Shown: positions 25,108 to 29,696 of the stretch, piece by piece
Position numbering within the stretch: position 1 is the first letter of the stretch
Layout of the letters: each line of letters starts with the position of its first letter
DNA from: an uncultured Bacteroidales bacterium
Lineage (GTDB): Bacteria > Bacteroidota > Bacteroidia > Bacteroidales > UBA10428
Length of the DNA stretch: 29,696 nt
Reading direction: 5' to 3'
Assembly: GCA_964518655.1 (NCBI GenBank)
Contig: CAZFHF010000001.1
Location: forward strand, 1-29,696
Notes under the pieces: model-generated
What the model was told of the DNA's origin: nothing
What the model saw: the letters and a program-made list of their open reading frames with translations, nothing else
Databases searched by the model: none
Program-made: the position numbers and the translations under genes

Positions 25108-27039
25108 ATGAAAAAATCCATACTCTTTTATCTTTTGATGTTTGTTTCTTTTGCTTTTGCAGGAGGACAGGTTTGCGAAAATGATTCCCTTGCCCTGGTG
25201 GCTTTATACGACAGTACAAATGGTGGGGGCTGGACGGATAATACCAACTGGTTACAGCCGGGAAATCCTGTATCCACATGGTACGGCATAACAGTATACA
25301 ACGATAGTGTTACTGTAATAGATCTTCAGGGAAACAATCTTTCAGGTGTTTTACCTCCCCAGATAGGTAACCTGAACAGCCTTACATCTCTCGATTTAAA
25401 TAACAACCAGCTTACAGGCTCCATTCCCAAAGAGATCGGAAATCTAAGCAAGCTTACCACCCTGAGCTTATACAGCAATGAGCTTACTGATTCTATCCCT
25501 TCAGAGATTGGCAGCTTAAGCAGCCTGCTGTATCTGCGTCTGCGAAGCAACGACCTTACCGGTCATATACCTCCTGAGATCGGCAATTTAAGCAATCTGG
25601 TTACATTGCAGTTATACAGCAACGAACTTACAGGTTCGATACCTCCCGAAATCGGCAACCTGAGCAACCTTGAATACCTGCAGCTTAACTATAACCAGCT
25701 CACAGGTGAAATACCCGCAGAGATAGGCAATCTCACTAATTTAAAAATTATATATATGAATAACAACCAGCTCTCGGATTCTATTCCGGTTGAAATCAGC
25801 AGTTTAAAACTTCTTCAGGCACTGGAGATAAACAATAATAAGCTTACCGGCTCCATACCGCCGGAGATAGGCAATATGAGCAGCCTGAAAAACCTGAATC
25901 TGCATCACAACCAGTTCACAGGCTCCATACCGCCGGAAATCGGCAGCCTGGCTGATCTGCAGTACCTGTACCTTGAAAATAACCAGCTCACCGGTTCCAT
26001 ACCTGAGGAAATAGACAGCTTAGACAACCTGATAGTGTTCTGGACTAACAACAACCAACTCTCAGGCGCCATTCCCGCCCAGCTCAACAGCATGCCGGCG
26101 ATGACGAACTTACGTATTCACAATAACTGTTTTACATTTGCTGACCTTGCACCCTTAGCCGGCAACACTTATGCCGCGTTTGACTATGCTCCCCAGTGCC
26201 AGGTGCCAGTCAGCCTCGCAAAGGTCAACAAAAGTACAGGAGATGAACTTCAGCTGAATATTACTGATATTGCAGTCAATGAAGTTAGTGCAGTAAATAA
26301 CGAATACCAGTGGTGGAAGGATGCCGGTGATATAACATCGCCGTCCGCCTCTCCCCTTCTGGTGATAAGCAGTCTTGATGAGCCGGACGCAGGATATTAC
26401 CATTGCCTGATGTCGAATCCGGATTTTCCTTTACTTACCCTGCATACTGACTCAGTTCTGCTGGTGATGAACGGTCCTGTGGATATTATCCTGTCCCCGG
26501 ATGATATTGAGGAGAATGTCCCGCCGGGAACTATTGTAGGTGGACTCACTGCGGATGATTACGACCAGCCCGGAGGACATACATTTGCTTTTGCTGAAGG
26601 CGACGGAAGCAACGATGAAGACAACGACCTGTTCACCATAAGCGGAGCTGACTTAAGTATAAACCATTCGCCTGATTACGAAACAAAACAGCAGTACCAC
26701 ATTTATGTCAGAGCTGAGGATGACGACCTGAAGACCTTCGATAAGGGACTGGTGATCTTCGTGAATGATATCTTTGAAACAGGAATCAAAGAGACAACAG
26801 AGGATACATGGCAGGTATTCCCCAATCCTTCCGATGGAGTGTTTTATATAGCAATAGAAGGTTCACGATACAAAGATGCAATAATAGAAGTAATTAATTC
26901 TTCCGGCGAGGTTGTCAGCAGGGATATTATAAATAACAGGATACAGAAAATAACCCTCAAACATTGTCCTGAAGGTAATTATATAATAAAATTAACAAAC
27001 GGGGAAAATATATACACTAAAAAGGTATTGATACAATAA
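25108..27039 (+). CDS. Leucine-rich repeat protein with Ig-like and cadherin-like domains and T9SS sorting domain
   Basis: N-cap DSLALVALYDSTNG..W, 11 full 24-aa repeats LTGSIPPEIGNLxxL plus a capping repeat, Ig-like YQWWKD...DAGYYHC, cadherin-like I.ENVPPGT.VG.L...D.D...PDYETK, and C-terminal VFPNPSDG...KKVLIQ. Confidence 0.92.
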   Translation: MKKSILFYLLMFVSFAFAGGQVCENDSLALVALYDSTNGGGWTDNTNWLQPGNPVSTWYGITVYNDSVTVIDLQGNNLSGVLPPQIGNLNSLTSLDLNNNQLTGSIPKEIGNLSKLTTLSLYSNELTDSIPSEIGSLSSLLYLRLRSNDLTGHIPPEIGNLSNLVTLQLYSNELTGSIPPEIGNLSNLEYLQLNYNQLTGEIPAEIGNLTNLKIIYMNNNQLSDSIPVEISSLKLLQALEINNNKLTGSIPPEIGNMSSLKNLNLHHNQFTGSIPPEIGSLADLQYLYLENNQLTGSIPEEIDSLDNLIVFWTNNNQLSGAIPAQLNSMPAMTNLRIHNNCFTFADLAPLAGNTYAAFDYAPQCQVPVSLAKVNKSTGDELQLNITDIAVNEVSAVNNEYQWWKDAGDITSPSASPLLVISSLDEPDAGYYHCLMSNPDFPLLTLHTDSVLLVMNGPVDIILSPDDIEENVPPGTIVGGLTADDYDQPGGHTFAFAEGDGSNDEDNDLFTISGADLSINHSPDYETKQQYHIYVRAEDDDLKTFDKGLVIFVNDIFETGIKETTEDTWQVFPNPSDGVFYIAIEGSRYKDAIIEVINSSGEVVSRDIINNRIQKITLKHCPEGNYIIKLTNGENIYTKKVLIQ

Positions 27040-27096
27040 CGAAACACAAATCCAAACCTTATAAGCAATAATAATCGATCATAAAAACCCATAAAA

Positions 27097-27417
27097 ATGA
27101 AATTCAGAATTATTACCCTAAGTTTTATAATTGCACTTGTTTTGTTAGCATTGACAAGCTGTAAAAAGGATGATGACTCTATTTGTATCGCTGTTAGAAA
27201 TGTTTATCCTGACGGCCATGAGGTTAAGTTTACGGCAAAGGTAATTTCCGGCAGCCAGGTAACAACCTATAGTTATTTTGATGGTGACTACAGCCATGAT
27301 AGTGAAGTGCACCACTTCACCTATACAGATATCGTATTTGGCAGTTCAAGCGTTACATCTGTAAATGTGGCCATAGATGACGAAAACTTTTCTTATCCCG
27401 GAGATAAATGCAAATAA
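27097..27417 (+). CDS. Small putative lipoprotein
   Basis: 106 aa with lipobox LTSC followed by KKDDD. Confidence 0.75.
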   Translation: MKFRIITLSFIIALVLLALTSCKKDDDSICIAVRNVYPDGHEVKFTAKVISGSQVTTYSYFDGDYSHDSEVHHFTYTDIVFGSSSVTSVNVAIDDENFSYPGDKCK

Positions 27418-27456
27418 AGCTATTTTAAATACTTATTATTTAACCTGCCTAAATCT

Positions 27457-27657
27457 AATGAAAACGGCTTTACAGCACTTCCTGCAGGCTGGAACTTTAT
27501 GGCTGTCGGGATTGAAGCTAACTTCTGGTCATCTACAATGTCTGATGCAAACAACTCATACCGCCTTGAACTGAGCCATGATATTGCAGGAGTAAATAAG
27601 TACGGAGAAACAGGAAATAAATCGGATGCGATATCAGTAAGGTGCATAAAAGATTAA
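27457..27657 (+). pseudogene. C-terminal fragment of a Fibrobacter succinogenes major domain (FISUMP/Fib_succ_major) gene
   Basis: Manual translation NENGFTALPAG..F..VG..ANFWSST...SYRLEL...K..AISVRCIKD*. There is no start codon or N-terminal part of the domain upstream in frame. Confidence 0.75.
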
Positions 27658-27658
27658 T

Positions 27659-27709
27659 AAAGGGACAGCGCCCTTTGTTGCTTTCCTCTCAGGGCGCTGT
27701 CCCCTTTTT
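27659..27709. repeat. Inverted doublet of the GGGACAG repeat (subtype B)
   Basis: AAAGGGACAGCGCCCTTT (27659-76) and the reverse copy AGGGCGCTGTCCCCTTTTT (27691-27709); GGGACAGCGCCCT/AGGGCGCTGTCCC form a 13-bp stem. Confidence 0.9.
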
Positions 27710-27866
27710 AAAAATTTTTTTAAAAAATAGAGTAGAGTAAGCAATAGTTTTAGTAAATTAATATATAAATATAAAAGCTTTCTTTTAGAAATACCGTATA
27801 AACTTTTACCTGTCAAACGAAAACGGATTTATTTAATGATAAATAACCAGTAAAAGTATTAAACGG

Positions 27867-29696
27867 ATGAAAAGGGCTTTATTGGCTTGTACGATCTTAT
27901 TATTCTTTCTGACAGGTATCTTATGCACTCCCGGTGATTTCAGGTTCAGGCACCTGACAGTGGAAAACGGCCTGTCAAACGGAGATATTACCGGAATAGC
28001 GCAGGATAACAGGGGCTTTATCTGGATAGGCACAAGAGACGGGCTTAACAGGTATGACGGTTACGACTTCAAGGTTTACCGCCACGACAGGGAAGACTCA
28101 CTGAGCATATGCAACTCGGCAATCAATATTTTATATGTATGCAACCACGGATGCCTGTGGATAGGGACTGACAGGGGATTAAGCAGGTATATCCCTGAAA
28201 AAGACAATTTTCTTAATTTCACTCAGGGAGAAGAATATCCTCATTCCCTGAGGGGAGACAAAGTTAATGCGATAAATGAAGATATTCATGACAAAATATG
28301 GATTGGGACTGCCGGGGGCGGAATAAATTTACTTGATCAAAGCAATGAAACATTAGAACCTGTTGAGATACGAATACCTGGTCTGCAGTTTGACAATAAT
28401 GCAAACACCATAGTTGCCGACAGGGACGGCGATATCTGGATTGGCACATACATGGGATTAATAAGATATATCAGCAAGTCAGATACTTTCATACATTACT
28501 GTCATGAGGCGGGCAATATAAACAGCCTGCCGGAAGATAATATAAGTGCTTTATGCGAGGATGGCAACGGTAATATCTGGATCGGCACGTGGACAGGGGG
28601 GATTTGTTTATTTGACAAAGATGAAAACAGTGTGAAGAGATATGGCGGAGTTCCTGATCTTCTACATATCCATACAATACACAGTGACGGGGATAATAAT
28701 ATCTGGGCAGGCATCCTTGATGGTTTTGTTTTATATAACAGAAGCCTGGATAATTTCCGCATTTACAAACAGGAAGAAAAGGATGAATTCAGCCAGCTAA
28801 GGACTACTGTTACAGCTATATTTAGAGACAATCAAAATAACCTGTGGCTGGGCCATAACCAGCTTGGTATAAGTTTTTCATTAACGAGCAAAGAATTCAT
28901 GCATTACATATATAATCCCGCAAGTAAAACAGGATTAAGCAACAGCGAGGTAACCGCTGTGTTAAAGGACAGAAAGGGAAGGTTATGGGTAGGATTCTGG
29001 TGCGGCAACATGGACATTATTGACCTGAAAAATAATATCACGAGGCGGATAACCACACTCAATGCTGAAGGCAGTTCAGGATCAGGCACTATATTTTCAA
29101 TAATCGAAGACAGCGGTGGTAAGATCTGGTTCAGCTCATATACGGGGGGACTGCAAACATATAATGAGATGACAGGCAATTTTGATATTATTGCCAGGTG
29201 CACGGGTAATGAGAACACCATTAGCGGAAATGATATCAGAAGCATATGCGAGGATGATGAAAACAACCTATGGCTTGCTGTCCAGGGCAAGGGAGTTGAC
29301 ATGTTTAATCCCCGGACAGGCAAGGTCAGGCATTACAGGAACATGCCCGATGAAGCAAACAGAATCAGCAGTAACTGGACCTTTTCAATTGTACAGGGAT
29401 ATGACGGAAATATCTGGGTAGGCTCATCATTCGGAATCAGCAGAATAGACAAAGAGAGGGATACTATCCGCAACTATTTCTTTGATCCTAAAAATCCCAA
29501 CAGCCTGATAAACGATTTTATAAATATAATATACAGCGATAACAGCGGAAATTTATGGATAGGTACAAATGACGGATTAAGCTTCTACAATTCAGAGAGT
29601 GAAAGATTTACGGGATATACCATAAAAGACGGACTGCCGAACAATGTCATCCTGGGAATACTGGAAGACAGAAACGGCGATATCTGGATCAGCACA
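27867..29696 (+). CDS. Two-component regulator propeller (Reg_prop) protein, likely the N-terminal sensor of a hybrid two-component system (partial)
   Basis: Manual translation MKRALLACTIL...FRHLTVENGLS...QDNRGFIWIGTRDGLNRYDGYDFK with repeated D..G.IWIGT blades, open to the window edge. Kinase and receiver domains are not in the window. Confidence 0.88.
   Translation, partial: MKRALLACTILLFFLTGILCTPGDFRFRHLTVENGLSNGDITGIAQDNRGFIWIGTRDGLNRYDGYDFKVYRHDREDSLSICNSAINILYVCNHGCLWIGTDRGLSRYIPEKDNFLNFTQGEEYPHSLRGDKVNAINEDIHDKIWIGTAGGGINLLDQSNETLEPVEIRIPGLQFDNNANTIVADRDGDIWIGTYMGLIRYISKSDTFIHYCHEAGNINSLPEDNISALCEDGNGNIWIGTWTGGICLFDKDENSVKRYGGVPDLLHIHTIHSDGDNNIWAGILDGFVLYNRSLDNFRIYKQEEKDEFSQLRTTVTAIFRDNQNNLWLGHNQLGISFSLTSKEFMHYIYNPASKTGLSNSEVTAVLKDRKGRLWVGFWCGNMDIIDLKNNITRRITTLNAEGSSGSGTIFSIIEDSGGKIWFSSYTGGLQTYNEMTGNFDIIARCTGNENTISGNDIRSICEDDENNLWLAVQGKGVDMFNPRTGKVRHYRNMPDEANRISSNWTFSIVQGYDGNIWVGSSFGISRIDKERDTIRNYFFDPKNPNSLINDFINIIYSDNSGNLWIGTNDGLSFYNSESERFTGYTIKDGLPNNVILGILEDRNGDIWIST

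Noticed and set aside
27415-27417. Stop-codon recoding joining the lipoprotein to the FISUMP fragment
   Set aside because: TAA is used as a normal stop throughout the window and the fusion would still lack most of the FISUMP domain.
11296-27657. Classical integron cassette array
   Set aside because: No intI, and no attC-type GTTRRRY/RYYYAAC boxes with long imperfect stems were seen. Several genes have their own promoters. Only the loose analogy is kept as a finding.
27634-27816. Minus-strand 60-aa ORF crossing the 27691 repeat copy
   Set aside because: Low-complexity translation of promoter and repeat DNA; it does not end at the repeat.
561-29421. Numerous 60-175 aa ORFs from the track lying antisense or out of frame within recJ, lipA, lysS, parE, parC, the T9SS genes and the propeller gene (e.g. 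561-968, 2717-3103, 8232-8963, 10526-11047, 28904-29323)
   Set aside because: They are shadows of well-supported genes, with no motifs. The Leu/Phe/Ser-rich ones simply mirror the GAA-rich ParC tail.

Overview
AT-rich window from a Bacteroidota genome, probably an environmental Bacteroidales-like one. The assignment rests on three T9SS C-terminal sorting domains, TAnnTTTG promoters, A-rich start contexts and a hybrid two-component-type propeller sensor. Bases 1-11016 are housekeeping: recJ (partial), lipB, lipA, lysS, a DoxX protein, and topoisomerase IV parE-parC. Bases 11296-27657 are a mosaic of about 19 mostly co-oriented, functionally unrelated accessory genes (secreted T9SS substrates, lipoproteins, membrane proteins, DedA, CorA, hemerythrin, GrpB, isochorismatase, MFS, LRR-cadherin). 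A Reg_prop beta-propeller sensor then runs off the right end. No rRNA, tRNA, CRISPR array, transposase, integrase or reverse transcriptase is visible. Main unexplained signals: (1) an 18-20 bp palindrome with a conserved asymmetric core (AAAGG-GACAGNSM-CCTTT), present 11 or more times from the parC stop onward and usually fused directly to a stop codon in the sense orientation, including a triple stack and two inverted doublets; (2) a 12-aa leader ORF plus a hairpin that buries a Shine-Dalgarno-like site before corA; (3) a ~165-aa acidic ParC tail ending in a beta-clamp-like motif (QMTLEW); (4) an orphan FISUMP C-terminus in frame behind a lipoprotein stop; (5) a candidate ~70-nt sRNA whose 5' end is antisense to a typical translation-initiation region. 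All calls are by eye; no searches were run.
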